Shown: piece by piece, positions 18,974 through 29,403 of the stretch
How positions within the stretch are numbered: position 1 is the first letter of the stretch
How the letters are laid out: each line of letters starts with the position of its first letter
Virus record (IMG/VR): IMGVR_UViG_3300009159_000072
Span: 276 to 64,275 of that record
Direction: 5' to 3' (one strand)
DNA: 64,000 nt
Source: a virus
Taxonomy: Duplodnaviria > Caudoviricetes
Translations under genes and position numbers: made by a program
Notes under the pieces: model-generated
Told to the model about the DNA's origin: nothing
Databases searched by the model: none
What the model saw: the letters and a program-made list of their open reading frames with translations, nothing else

Positions 18974-20608
18974 ATGGAATTAGGTGGATATCAAGGTAAC
19001 TCAAAACTCAAACGTGGTGGTATTGAAATTGAATACACACATGAACAGTTAATTGAAATTACAAAGTGCATTAAAGATCCAGTATATTTTATTAAAAATT
19101 ACATGAAAATTGTGAACGTAGATCACGGTCTTGTTCCTTTTAATATGTGGCCATTTCAAGAAGAAATGGTTAAAAGTTTTCATGTAAATAGATTTACTAT
19201 TGCAAAAATGCCGCGGCAGGTTGGTAAAACAACCACAACAGCAGGATATATGCTTTGGTCCATATTATTCCAAGATGATTATAAGATTGCTATTCTAGCC
19301 AACAAAGGCGATTTGGCACGTGATATTCTTGGTCGGATTAAGTATGCTTACGAATATCTTCCTTTGTGGATGCAACAGGGCATCATGGAGTGGAACAAAG
19401 GTAATATTGTACTAGAAAATGGTTCTGAAATTTCAGCATATGCTACTAGCGCAAGTGGTGTTCGTGGTGGATCATACAACTTAATCTTTTTGGATGAGTT
19501 TGCATTCGTTCCACATAATATGGCAGAAGAGTTCTTTACTTCTACATATCCGGTTATTTCATCTGGTAAAACAACAAAGGTTATTATTGTTTCAACACCA
19601 CATGGACTGAATCAATTCTATCGTATGTGGACTGATGCAGTTGAGAAACGTTCAACTTATATTCCATTAGAAGTACATTGGTCTATGGTTCCAGGTAGAG
19701 ATGCCGATTGGAGAGAAGAGACAATTAGAAACACAAGTGAAGAACAATTTAGGCAAGAATTTGAAACAGAATTTATTGGCTCATCCGCTACATTGATTCC
19801 TGGTGCTAAATTGAAGATGTTGACTTTCTTTTCCCCACAAAGCTCACACGAAAATCATGACATTTATGAAGAACCAAAAACTGGTCACACATATGTTTCT
19901 GTAGTTGATTGTGCTGAAGGTGTAAACAGAGACTATTCTGTGGTTTCTGTATTTGATGTTACCGAGATTCCATATAGACATGTAGCTAAGTTTAGGGATA
20001 ATAAATTATCTCCATTGATTTTTCCAACATATGTTTATAATATTGCAATGCGATATAATCGAGCATACGTTTTAGTAGAAACTAATAGTGTTGGTCAACA
20101 AGTTGTAGACATTTTACATTATGATTTGGAATATGAGAACATTTTTCGTATCGAAAGTCATGAAATTAAAGGTCAACATATCGCTTCAGGCTTTAAAAAA
20201 GGTGCAGCTTATGGAGTAAAAACTTCAAAAACTGTAAAAAAGATTGGTTGTGCAAACTTAAAAACTTTAATTGAAACTGATAAATTAATTACTAATGATT
20301 TTGACACCATTGCAGAACTAAATACATTTGTACGAAATAAAGACTCCTACGAAGCTGAAGAAGGTAACAATGACGATATTGTTATGACTTTGGTGCTTTT
20401 TTCTTGGTTAACTGCACAAAGTTACTTCAGAGAAATTACAGACTCTGATGTTAGACAGAGATTGTTGGATGAAAGAAATCTTCAACTTGAAGATGAAATG
20501 CTTCCAGTTGGAATGCTTGATGATGGTTTGGAAGAACAAAAAGAATTTGATGGACAAGATTTATGGTCTTCTGTTAAAGACCGTGGCTACCTAACGTCAA
20601 GTTTATAA
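18974..20608 (+). CDS. gp17: Terminase large subunit gp17
   Basis: PRQVGKTT Walker A, LIFLDEFAF Walker B, and nuclease motifs VDCAEG and DDIVM. Confidence 0.96.
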   Translation: MELGGYQGNSKLKRGGIEIEYTHEQLIEITKCIKDPVYFIKNYMKIVNVDHGLVPFNMWPFQEEMVKSFHVNRFTIAKMPRQVGKTTTTAGYMLWSILFQDDYKIAILANKGDLARDILGRIKYAYEYLPLWMQQGIMEWNKGNIVLENGSEISAYATSASGVRGGSYNLIFLDEFAFVPHNMAEEFFTSTYPVISSGKTTKVIIVSTPHGLNQFYRMWTDAVEKRSTYIPLEVHWSMVPGRDADWREETIRNTSEEQFRQEFETEFIGSSATLIPGAKLKMLTFFSPQSSHENHDIYEEPKTGHTYVSVVDCAEGVNRDYSVVSVFDVTEIPYRHVAKFRDNKLSPLIFPTYVYNIAMRYNRAYVLVETNSVGQQVVDILHYDLEYENIFRIESHEIKGQHIASGFKKGAAYGVKTSKTVKKIGCANLKTLIETDKLITNDFDTIAELNTFVRNKDSYEAEEGNNDDIVMTLVLFSWLTAQSYFREITDSDVRQRLLDERNLQLEDEMLPVGMLDDGLEEQKEFDGQDLWSSVKDRGYLTSSL

Positions 20609-20664
20609 AAACATAAATAGAATAATGAAACTAGTTCTATAAAATAAATAAAAGGAGAACATAA

Positions 20665-22329
20665 ATGGCTTTTCAATTATCACCTGGTGTTCAAGTATCC
20701 GAAGTAGATTTGACAACAGTTGTCCCTTCAGTAGCTACTACTGTTGGAGCTATTGTTGGTGGATTTTCTTGGGGACCTGCAAAAGAAATCACCACTATTA
20801 GTAATGAGATTCAACTTGTTGATAGATTTGGTAAACCTGATGCGAATACATACGAAACTTTCTTTACTGCGGCTAATTTCTTGTCATATGGACAAGACTT
20901 GAGAGTTATTCGGGTGGTTGGTGCAGCCGCAAAAAACGCTGTAGCAAACGCTAATGCAAGCACAGTTTTGATTGAAAATCGTACTTCTTACGAACAATCT
21001 TACAGTTCAAATACTTCATCTATATTTAATGCTAAATATGCCGGTGCATTAGGCAACTCTATCAAAATTTCTATTGCAGATTCTAATACATTCAACTCAT
21101 GGACATATTCATCTAATTTCGACTCTACTCCAGCGACTACAGTGTGGGCGTCAGATCGCAGTTCTTCAAATGATGAAATGCACATTATTGTTATTGATAC
21201 TAATGGTAGAATCAGCGGTATTGCTGGTACAATTTTAGAAAAATATCCTTTTGTTTCTAAAGCATCCGATGCTAAAAATCCAGATGGTTCTAGCAACTAT
21301 TACAAAGAGGTTATTAATTCTAAATCTAAATACCTATGGTGGGCTGGCCACATGAAAGCTAACTGGGGTACAGATTCTAGTGGTGCGGTTTCATATTCAG
21401 TTATGACAACACCATTTACTGCTACTCTATCTGGTGGGGTTGACGCTACTCCTTCTACAGGTAACACAAACATTGGTTATGGTACTCTTGCTAATCCTGA
21501 TTCTATTGATGTTTCTCTAATCATGGCAGGCAATGGTGGCGCAACTACAGTTAACTATCTAATTTCTATTGCAGAAAGTCGTAAAGATTGTTTAGTGTTT
21601 GCTTCTCCATTGAAAACAGATTGTGTAGATAGTGTTGGTTCTGAATCTGCCGATATTATTGCAACAGCAGGAACTTATACAAAATCTAGTTATGCAGTTA
21701 TGGATTCCGGTTGGAAATATCAATACGACAAATACAATGACGTATATCGTTGGGTACCATTGAATGGTGACATTGCTGGGTTGTGTGTACGTACTGACAT
21801 TGAACGTGATCCTTGGTTCTCACCAGCAGGTTTGAATCGTGGTATTATTAAGAACGTTGTTCGCTTGGCTTGGAATCCAACTAAAGCTGAACGTGATGAC
21901 TTGTATAAAAACGGCGTTAACCCAGTTGTTTCTTTCCCAGGTGAAGGCACAATCCTTTACGGTGATAAGACTCTTCTGAACCGTCCTTCTGCATTTGACC
22001 GTATCAACGTTCGTAGACTTTTCATTGTACTTGAAAAATCAATTGCAAAAGCGGCTCGCTCTTCTATGTTCGAATTTAATGATGAATTTACTCGTGCAGC
22101 ATTCGTTAACTTGGTAGAACCATATCTACGTAACGTACAAGGTCGCCGTGGCATTTATGACTTTAAAGTTGTATGTGACACTACAAACAATACTGGTGAA
22201 GTTATTGACCAGAATCAATTTATTGGTGATATTTACATTAAACCAGCTCGTTCAATTAACTACATTCAATTGAATTTCACTGCGGTACGTACCGGCGTGA
22301 ACTTCTATGAGATTGTTGGACAAGCCTAA
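20665..22329 (+). CDS. gp18: Tail sheath protein gp18
   Basis: LSPGV...EVDLT, WFSPAG.NRG and SAFDRINVRRLF motifs; late-type promoters at 20612 and 20643. Confidence 0.96.
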   Translation: MAFQLSPGVQVSEVDLTTVVPSVATTVGAIVGGFSWGPAKEITTISNEIQLVDRFGKPDANTYETFFTAANFLSYGQDLRVIRVVGAAAKNAVANANASTVLIENRTSYEQSYSSNTSSIFNAKYAGALGNSIKISIADSNTFNSWTYSSNFDSTPATTVWASDRSSSNDEMHIIVIDTNGRISGIAGTILEKYPFVSKASDAKNPDGSSNYYKEVINSKSKYLWWAGHMKANWGTDSSGAVSYSVMTTPFTATLSGGVDATPSTGNTNIGYGTLANPDSIDVSLIMAGNGGATTVNYLISIAESRKDCLVFASPLKTDCVDSVGSESADIIATAGTYTKSSYAVMDSGWKYQYDKYNDVYRWVPLNGDIAGLCVRTDIERDPWFSPAGLNRGIIKNVVRLAWNPTKAERDDLYKNGVNPVVSFPGEGTILYGDKTLLNRPSAFDRINVRRLFIVLEKSIAKAARSSMFEFNDEFTRAAFVNLVEPYLRNVQGRRGIYDFKVVCDTTNNTGEVIDQNQFIGDIYIKPARSINYIQLNFTAVRTGVNFYEIVGQA

Positions 22330-22356
22330 TAAATAAGAGAGAACAGGAGAAACTAA

Positions 22357-22902
22357 ATGGCTTTCAATATCAACCAATTTCGCTCTCAAATGCAGGGAGA
22401 CGGTGCTCGTCCAAATTTATTTGAGGTGACAGTACCATTCCCACCATTCGCATTGCCTGGTACTGCACTAACTAAATTAACTTTTATGTGCAAAACTGCT
22501 CAGTTACCTGGTTCTACAGTTAACACAGTTCCTGTCCAATATTTTGGACGTGAATTAAAGTTTGCTGGTAATAGAACTTTTCAAGACTGGAATATCACAA
22601 TTATCAATGATGAAGATTTTATTATCCGTAATGCTTTTGAGCGTTGGATGAACGGTCTAAATAGTCATTCATTGAACGTTCGTAATCCAGCGGCCGCTAC
22701 ACCAAATAGTTACACCGTTGATTCTGAAGTACGTCAATACAGTAAAGGCGGAGATATTCTGAAGAAGTACAAATTCATTGGAATGTTTCCTACGGATGTT
22801 GCACCAATTGATGTTGATTGGGGTTCTAATGATACTATCGAAGAATTCTCTGTTACATTAGCTTTCCAATGGTGGGAATCCGCAGAGGACTTAGTAGCCT
22901 AA
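22357..22902 (+). CDS. gp19: Tail tube protein gp19
   Basis: GARPNLFEV, GRELKFAGNRTF..W and IEEF.VT motifs. Confidence 0.95.
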   Translation: MAFNINQFRSQMQGDGARPNLFEVTVPFPPFALPGTALTKLTFMCKTAQLPGSTVNTVPVQYFGRELKFAGNRTFQDWNITIINDEDFIIRNAFERWMNGLNSHSLNVRNPAAATPNSYTVDSEVRQYSKGGDILKKYKFIGMFPTDVAPIDVDWGSNDTIEEFSVTLAFQWWESAEDLVA

Positions 22903-22907
22903 TTTGA

Positions 22908-22932
22908 GAGGGGGTATATCTCCCTTATTTTT
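22908..22932 (+). terminator. Probable terminator after gp19
   Basis: GAGGGGG-TATAT-CTCCCTT stem followed by ATTTTT. Confidence 0.55.
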
Positions 22933-22955
22933 GTAATGAAAAGGAAATAAATCGG

Positions 22956-24629
22956 ATGGCAATCAAACTTTTTGGTTTCAACATCGGCGGTAAGGATATT
23001 ATCCAGAAAGAAGTCCCTGAACAGGCTTCGTTTGCCTTGCCGACTGATGCTTTGGATGATGGTGCAGTTACCATTACTCAAAATGCACACTATGGAACAT
23101 ATGTTGATTTAGAAGGCTCCGTACGAAATGAGTTAGAATTAATTTCACGTTATCGTGAAATGGCTAATCATCCAGAATGTGACCAAGCAGTAACTGAGAT
23201 TGTTGATGAAGCAATTACTCATGATGATTCTGGTAAAGTTGTTGATATTATTCTCGACAAACTTAAACAACCAGAATCTATCAAAAAGAAAATCAAAGAT
23301 GAATTTGACATTATTTTGAAAATGTTAAATTTCTCTAACCTAGCAGATGATATCTTCAGACGTTGGTATATTGATGGTAGGATTTACTACCACGTTGTAG
23401 TTAATGAAAAGAACCCTAAAGAGGGTATTCAAGAATTACGGTATATTGATCCACGTAAAATCCGTAAGGTTCGTGAAGTTCAAAAAGGTCGTGATCTAAA
23501 AACTGGCGCAGACATTATTAAATCTACTGCTGAATATTATATGTATAATGATAAAGGTAGTGCTACTCAGTCATTTACAGCTTCAGCTAACCAAGGTTTG
23601 AGAATTGCACCTGATTCAATTATCAATGTTAACTCTGGTTTGATGGATGCAAAAAACACTTTTGTTATTTCGTTCTTACACAAAGCAATCAAACCACTTA
23701 ACCAGTTGCGTATGATTGAAGATGCTGTTGTTATTTACCGTATTTCAAGAGCACCTGAACGCCGTATTTTTTACATTGACGTTGGTAACTTACCAAAAGG
23801 CAAGGCAGAACAATATCTGCGTGACGTTATGGTCAAGTATAAAAACAAGATGGTCTATGATGCACAGACTGGTGAATTGCGTGATGACCGTAAACACATG
23901 TCAATGCTTGAAGATTTTTGGTTGCCGCGCCGTGAAGGTGGTAAAGGTACTGAAATTACAACTTTACCAGCAGGTCAGAATTTAGGTCAAATTGAAGACG
24001 TACAATATTTTCAAAAGAAACTATTGCAATCCATGAATGTTCCTTACTCACGTATGGAACCACAGGGTGGAGGTATGGTTGGTCTAGGTCGTAGTACTGA
24101 AGTAACAAGAGATGAATTGAAGTTCAATAAGTTTGTTACCAAAGTTCGTAATAAATTTTCACAGTTATTTGACCACGCTTTAAAAATTCAATTAGTTTTG
24201 AAGGGTATTTGCACTCAAGAGGAATGGGAAGAATTTAGAGAAAATATTTTTTACGATTACAAAAAAGATAACAATTTCACCGAATTAAAAGAAGCCGAAA
24301 TATGGCAAAATAGATTACAGATGTTAGGTCAAGTTGATCCGTATGTTGGTCGTTACTTCTCACAAGAATGGGTAAAAAGAAATATTCTTCATTTGTCGGA
24401 TGAAGACCTTGAAGAAATGCAAAAACAAATTGATTCTGAACCCGAACCTGTACAAATGGGACAAGATGATAACTCAATACAACAAAGTCAAGAACAAGAA
24501 CAACCTCAAGTTGATCCTAGCCAATATCCTCCCGAGGATAATGTTAATGATAAAAATTCTACTGAATCTGAAACACCAGAACTTGATAGTGTAACGGGTA
24601 GATTTAGTAGAGTACTAAATAAAAAATAA
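22956..24629 (+). CDS. gp20: Portal vertex protein gp20
   Basis: YRISRAPERRIFYIDVGNLPK.KAEQY and EDFWLPRREGGKGTEITTLP motifs. Confidence 0.97.
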   Translation: MAIKLFGFNIGGKDIIQKEVPEQASFALPTDALDDGAVTITQNAHYGTYVDLEGSVRNELELISRYREMANHPECDQAVTEIVDEAITHDDSGKVVDIILDKLKQPESIKKKIKDEFDIILKMLNFSNLADDIFRRWYIDGRIYYHVVVNEKNPKEGIQELRYIDPRKIRKVREVQKGRDLKTGADIIKSTAEYYMYNDKGSATQSFTASANQGLRIAPDSIINVNSGLMDAKNTFVISFLHKAIKPLNQLRMIEDAVVIYRISRAPERRIFYIDVGNLPKGKAEQYLRDVMVKYKNKMVYDAQTGELRDDRKHMSMLEDFWLPRREGGKGTEITTLPAGQNLGQIEDVQYFQKKLLQSMNVPYSRMEPQGGGMVGLGRSTEVTRDELKFNKFVTKVRNKFSQLFDHALKIQLVLKGICTQEEWEEFRENIFYDYKKDNNFTELKEAEIWQNRLQMLGQVDPYVGRYFSQEWVKRNILHLSDEDLEEMQKQIDSEPEPVQMGQDDNSIQQSQEQEQPQVDPSQYPPEDNVNDKNSTESETPELDSVTGRFSRVLNKK

Positions 24630-24639
24630 GGAGTAGATT

Positions 24640-24795
24640 ATGGAAACAAGAGATTTTATTGATTTATTAGGAGCTGGTGAAGCATCTGAAGCTAAAAATG
24701 CTTTAGAAGAATTGCTCTCAGCTAAAGCATTTGATGCATTAGAAACAAAAAAACAAGAAATTGCATCCACACTTTTCACTACACAAGAAACATAA
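24640..24795 (+). CDS. Small prohead core protein, gp67-like (51 aa, not in the ORF track)
   Basis: Translates as METRDFIDLLGAGEASEAKNALEELLSAKAFDALETKKQEIA...; AAGGAG SD; sits directly after gp20; ACTAAATA at 24614. Confidence 0.7.
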   Translation: METRDFIDLLGAGEASEAKNALEELLSAKAFDALETKKQEIASTLFTTQET

Positions 24796-25490
24796 TGAAA
24801 TCTTTACAAGAATTTAAATTAATTTCTGAGGAAGAAAAACAAGACTTCACTAAGTTTGATGCGCTTGTTCGTGCAGGTTTAGCCAATAAAGCACAACTTC
24901 AAAGATTGCATAAAATTCTCAGTAAAATGTCGGAAGAAAAACCTAATTTTTCACCAGCAGATAGAGCTATTATACAAAATGTATTTTCGAAAATGGTTGA
25001 TTTGATTACTAATAATCCTCAAATTAATCGCCAAGTACGTAAGGCGGTTAATGAGAATGTTCATGATACTTCAGATTTCAAACTTGATGCTACAGGCAGA
25101 AAAGTCAAGGCACACAGGTTTAAAATAGGCAAAGATGAAACAATTGAAGAATCGATTAGTAATCAACCTCCCTACGTTATTGTTCTTAAAAGAACAGCAA
25201 TTCGTTTGTATCCTAATGGAACAAAAGTTGCAACTTATTATAGTCAACGTTTAAATAAAGAATTTGCTATACCTTTTAGTGAAGATTCACTAAATATACA
25301 ATCAGAAGGTTACGTTGTAGATTTTGATGACGGTGAATTTGTATTGGTAGATTTTGATACGGCATCAATAATGAATCAAGTATATGAATCCTTGAATAAT
25401 GTAAACAAAGATAAATTTGCTAATATGATGCATGAATCTTTAGAACAATTTGAAAAGGCAAAATCTTTTGCTCTGAGTAAAACTAAATGA
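24795..25490 (+). CDS. Hypothetical head-morphogenesis protein
   Basis: 231-aa ORF between gp20 and gp21, coupled to its neighbours by overlapping start/stop codons. Confidence 0.65.
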   Translation: MKSLQEFKLISEEEKQDFTKFDALVRAGLANKAQLQRLHKILSKMSEEKPNFSPADRAIIQNVFSKMVDLITNNPQINRQVRKAVNENVHDTSDFKLDATGRKVKAHRFKIGKDETIEESISNQPPYVIVLKRTAIRLYPNGTKVATYYSQRLNKEFAIPFSEDSLNIQSEGYVVDFDDGEFVLVDFDTASIMNQVYESLNNVNKDKFANMMHESLEQFEKAKSFALSKTK

Positions 25491-25927
25491 GATTAATTGA
25501 CTTCATATTTGAAGGTAAAGCTGTAGAAGCAAGAGAAGAAATTTTTTCTCGCTTAAATAATATTGTAGCTAAACGTTTAGAAGAAGCAAAGCAAATTATT
25601 GCAACACATATATATGAAGAGATAGAGATTCTTGATGAAGCTCCTTCACGTAATATTATTAGACAAGGTAGAGTTGAGAAGATTCGCCGTAGAATTAGAC
25701 GTAATACACAAGGACGAATTGTTGTCCAACGTAACGTTAAACGTTCTGCATTAAAAGGATTTAGAATTTCTGGAAATACTGTAAAGAGAATACCCGCTAT
25801 GCAACGTATTCAAAAGACCAGAAAGTTGAAAAGATATTGGAAAACAAAAGGTAGGGCTAAAATGAATAGAACATTATTAAAAAGAAAAATGTCAATTCGC
25901 CGCCGCACATCAATGGGAATAAAATAA
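25487..25927 (+). CDS. Prohead core protein, gp68-like (Arg/Lys-rich)
   Basis: Highly basic C-terminus ending KRKMSIRRRTSMGI; located before gp21. Confidence 0.7.
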   Translation: MRLIDFIFEGKAVEAREEIFSRLNNIVAKRLEEAKQIIATHIYEEIEILDEAPSRNIIRQGRVEKIRRRIRRNTQGRIVVQRNVKRSALKGFRISGNTVKRIPAMQRIQKTRKLKRYWKTKGRAKMNRTLLKRKMSIRRRTSMGIK

Positions 25928-25928
25928 A

Positions 25929-26288
25929 ATGTCATATGAAGTAAACAATACTCTGAGAGGCACAAGTGTAATTCGTGTAGTTGATCCTGGCACGTATACA
26001 ATTACTTTAGCAAACCTTTCTTCTAATACACAATTAGAGACGGTTAGTGCAGCAAACATTAAACGTATTCAATGGTCATCAAATGGTTACATCAATATCG
26101 GTCGGGGTGCTACACCAACTCCAATGTTGGCATTATCTCAATCTGGTGAAATGTATTTTGATACATTAGGGTATTCATTAGCAAACACCAATACGGGTAA
26201 CGTTGTTGTTACCGTTGTAACGGGTGGCACTGTTGTTATGGAAGTATCTAAGATTGCAACTTATTCAACCAACTTGGATAATACGTAA
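25929..26288 (+). CDS. Hypothetical virion protein
   Basis: 119-aa beta-rich ORF in the head operon. Confidence 0.65.
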   Translation: MSYEVNNTLRGTSVIRVVDPGTYTITLANLSSNTQLETVSAANIKRIQWSSNGYINIGRGATPTPMLALSQSGEMYFDTLGYSLANTNTGNVVVTVVTGGTVVMEVSKIATYSTNLDNT

Positions 26289-26289
26289 C

Positions 26290-26943
26290 ATGAAACTAAT
26301 TACAGAAACAGTTGAAGACGTAAGATATTTAACTGAAAAAACGGAAGATGGAAAGAAAAATCTTTTTATTGAAGGTATCTTTCTAGTAGGCGAACAAGCT
26401 AATCGTAACCGTAGAATGTATAAAATTGATACTCTACGTGAAGAAGTTGGTCGCTATACAGACGAATACATCAAGACAAATCGTGCGCTTGGTGAACTCG
26501 GACATCCTGATACACCATCAATTAATTTAGAGCGTGTGTGTATCAAAATTGAATCTTTGAAAGAAGATGGCGGTAATAGATTCATCGGTAAAGCGAGAGT
26601 TTTAGAAACACCATATGGTAATATTGTTAAAAATTTTATTGAGTCTGGTGTTTCTTTGGGTGTTTCTTCTAGAGGTATGGGTTCATTAGTTCCTGGGCGT
26701 GATGGTATTAACATTGTAGGCGATGACTTTAGATTAGCTACGGCTGCGGATGTTGTTGCTGATCCATCAGCACCAGGAGCATTCGTGAATGGTATTATGG
26801 AAAACAAAGAATGGGTATTTGTTGAGGGACGTTTTGTGGAAATGCACATAGATAACGCAAAACGTCAAATACAACAAGCATCCAGAAAAGATATTGAACA
26901 AGTGGCTTATCGCCTCTTTGAAAACTTTATTTCAAAACTTTAA
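26290..26943 (+). CDS. gp21: Prohead core protease gp21
   Basis: MKLITE start at 26290; ALGELGHP, GVSSRGMGS and D.VADPSAP.AFV.GIME motifs. Confidence 0.95.
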   Translation: MKLITETVEDVRYLTEKTEDGKKNLFIEGIFLVGEQANRNRRMYKIDTLREEVGRYTDEYIKTNRALGELGHPDTPSINLERVCIKIESLKEDGGNRFIGKARVLETPYGNIVKNFIESGVSLGVSSRGMGSLVPGRDGINIVGDDFRLATAADVVADPSAPGAFVNGIMENKEWVFVEGRFVEMHIDNAKRQIQQASRKDIEQVAYRLFENFISKL

Positions 26944-26946
26944 AAT

Positions 26947-26954
26947 TATAAATA
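26947..26954 (+). promoter_or_regulatory. T4-type late promoter TATAAATA
   Basis: Exact consensus upstream of gp22. Confidence 0.75.
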
Positions 26955-26978
26955 GATAAACACAAAAGGAGATTCCTA

Positions 26979-27971
26979 ATGGCTACTAATAAACTTTTTG
27001 AGGCTGCGGCTGAAATTCTTGCTTCTGGCAAGGGTAAGAACGCTATGCCTCCACAAAAGCTGGACGGCGAAATTGTAGATGCTGGTGGGCCAACACCAGA
27101 AAATTATAAACAAGATGATGATTCTGCAAAGATCACACCCGCAACAAAGAGCGCAACTCCAGCAACAACAAAAGCATCAGATGCTTCTGCCGAAATGGCT
27201 AAGAAGACTCTTTCTAAAGAAGAAACCGAAGCTGAAGAATTTATGGATCTTTCTGATGATATTGATGCTATGTTTGCAGATGACAATACCATTTCTGAAG
27301 AATTTAAAACTAAAGTTTCCACAATTTTTGAAGCACGTGTTTTAGATCGTATTTCACAAATTGAAGAAAATATTGAATCACATTATTCTTCTTTGTTAGA
27401 AGAAGCAGTTGAGTCCGTTAAAACAGACTTAACAGAAAAAGTTAATGATTACCTTGCTTACGTTGTTGAGCAATGGATGGCAGATAATGAAATCGCTATT
27501 GAAAAAGGCATTCGTGCTGAATTAACAGAAGATTTTATTTCTGGCCTACGTAATTTATTTGCAGAACATTATATTGATGTTCCTGCCGAAAAAGTTGACC
27601 TAGTCGATGAAATGGCTTCAAAGATTGATGATCTTGAAGTTAAACTCGATGAAGAAGTTGAGCGCAATGTAGAGTACCGTAAGGCTCTTATTGAAGCTCA
27701 CAAAGTTGAAGCTACCCGTGAAGTTTGTGAAGGTTTGACCGACACTCAAGTTGAAAAGATTAAATCGCTTGCAGAGAGCGTAGAGTTTTCCACAGAAGAA
27801 GAATATAAATCTAAACTTGAAACCATTCGTGAAAACTATTTTCCTTCCGGAGTTAAGAAGGCTGATGAAGGCCAACTTAATGAGCAAGTAGAGCAAGTTG
27901 GTGATGTTAAAATTACTGATGCTTACATGAACTCAATCGTACAATCAATTTCAAAAACAACAAGAATTTAA
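26979..27971 (+). CDS. gp22: Prohead core scaffold protein gp22
   Basis: Acidic coiled coil; SEEFK.K..TIFEA, YL.YVVEQW and LFAEHYIDVP motifs. Confidence 0.93.
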   Translation: MATNKLFEAAAEILASGKGKNAMPPQKLDGEIVDAGGPTPENYKQDDDSAKITPATKSATPATTKASDASAEMAKKTLSKEETEAEEFMDLSDDIDAMFADDNTISEEFKTKVSTIFEARVLDRISQIEENIESHYSSLLEEAVESVKTDLTEKVNDYLAYVVEQWMADNEIAIEKGIRAELTEDFISGLRNLFAEHYIDVPAEKVDLVDEMASKIDDLEVKLDEEVERNVEYRKALIEAHKVEATREVCEGLTDTQVEKIKSLAESVEFSTEEEYKSKLETIRENYFPSGVKKADEGQLNEQVEQVGDVKITDAYMNSIVQSISKTTRI

Positions 27972-27993
27972 TTTAAATCAAGGAGTATCCTAA

Positions 27994-29328
27994 ATGTTTC
28001 TTTCCGAAAATCTACAAAAAAAGTGGGCACCTGTTCTAGAACATGCTGACCTACCAAAAATTACTGATCCATATAAACGTGCTGTTACAGCCGTTATTTT
28101 GGAAAATCAGATCCAAGCAATGCAAAAAGATGCTGGTTATTTAACAGAAGCTGTACCTACAAACGCTTCTGGTACCGGTGGTTTTGGTGGTGCTGACGCT
28201 CAAAACAGCGGTCCAGTAGCCGGTTTCGATCCAATCCTTATTAGCTTGGTTCGCCGTTCATTGCCTAATTTGATTGCTTATGACGTTTGCGGTGTACAAC
28301 CAATGACTGGTCCTACAGGCATGATCTTTGCAATGCGTTCAATGTATGCAACTGACCGTACTACAGCTACTGGTACAGAAGCATTCTACAACGAAGCTAA
28401 TACTGCTCATTCTGGTGCTTCCGCTACTGTTCAACAAACATTGGCAATGAAAAGTTCTACTTCTGACCGTGCATATGGTATCTTTGATGCTAACACGGCC
28501 GCTGGTATGGCTACAGCTACTGCTGAAAACTTGACACCACTTGAAATGGGTTTCAGCATTGAGAAAGTTACAGTTACTGCAAAGACACGTGCTTTGAAGG
28601 CTGAATACTCAATGGAACTTGCACAAGATTTGAAAGCAGTTCACGGTCTAGACGCTGAAACAGAATTGTCTAACATTCTGTCTTCTGAAATTCTTGCTGA
28701 AATTAACCGTGAAGTTCTGCGTACAATCTACACAGTTTCTAAAGTTGGTTGCAAAGTTGGTACAACTACTGTTGGTACATTCGACTTGGACACTGACTCT
28801 AACGGTCGTTGGATGGTTGAAAAAGTTAAAGGTTTGGCTTTCCAAATCGAACGTGAAGCTAACCAAATTGCTAAATTGACTCGTAGAGGTAAAGGCAATA
28901 CATTGATCTGTTCTTCTGACGTAGCTTCTGCTTTGGCAATGGCTGGTTTGTTGGACTATCAATCTGCATTGCAGAGCCAAGTTAACTTGACAGTTGACGA
29001 TACAGGTAACACATTTGCTGGTACATTGTTCGGTCGTATCAAAGTGTATATTGATCCATATTTCCCAACAGGCTCAACTTCCGAGTTCGCAGTTGTTGGT
29101 TTCAAAGGTTCTAATGCATATGATGCTGGTCTGTTCTATTGCCCATACGTTCCTTTGCAAATGGTTCGCGCAGTTGACACTAACACCTTCCAACCAAAAA
29201 TTGGTTTCAAGACACGTTACGGTCTAGTTGCTAATCCATTCGCTGAAGGTACTGCTGCTGGTCTTGGTGCGTTGAATGCTACTGCAAACAACTACTATCG
29301 CGCATTTAAGATTACAAACATTATGTAA
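27994..29328 (+). CDS. gp23: Major capsid protein gp23
   Basis: GVQPMTGPTG.IFAMR, RALKAEYS.ELAQDLKAVHGLDAE.EL and FQPKIGFKTRYG motifs. Confidence 0.98.
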   Translation: MFLSENLQKKWAPVLEHADLPKITDPYKRAVTAVILENQIQAMQKDAGYLTEAVPTNASGTGGFGGADAQNSGPVAGFDPILISLVRRSLPNLIAYDVCGVQPMTGPTGMIFAMRSMYATDRTTATGTEAFYNEANTAHSGASATVQQTLAMKSSTSDRAYGIFDANTAAGMATATAENLTPLEMGFSIEKVTVTAKTRALKAEYSMELAQDLKAVHGLDAETELSNILSSEILAEINREVLRTIYTVSKVGCKVGTTTVGTFDLDTDSNGRWMVEKVKGLAFQIEREANQIAKLTRRGKGNTLICSSDVASALAMAGLLDYQSALQSQVNLTVDDTGNTFAGTLFGRIKVYIDPYFPTGSTSEFAVVGFKGSNAYDAGLFYCPYVPLQMVRAVDTNTFQPKIGFKTRYGLVANPFAEGTAAGLGALNATANNYYRAFKITNIM

Positions 29329-29357
29329 TTAAAACCTCCGTTAAGAGAGGTACTTTT

Positions 29358-29387
29358 AAAGGGAGACTGAAAGGTCTCCCTTTTTTT
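29358..29387 (+). terminator. Rho-independent terminator after gp23
   Basis: AAAGGGAGAC-TGAAAG-GTCTCCCTTT stem followed by a T-run. Confidence 0.85.
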
Positions 29388-29390
29388 GTA

Positions 29391-29398
29391 TATAAATA
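29391..29398 (+). promoter_or_regulatory. T4-type late promoter TATAAATA
   Basis: Exact consensus just upstream of gp3. Confidence 0.75.
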
Positions 29399-29403
29399 TA
29401 CAC

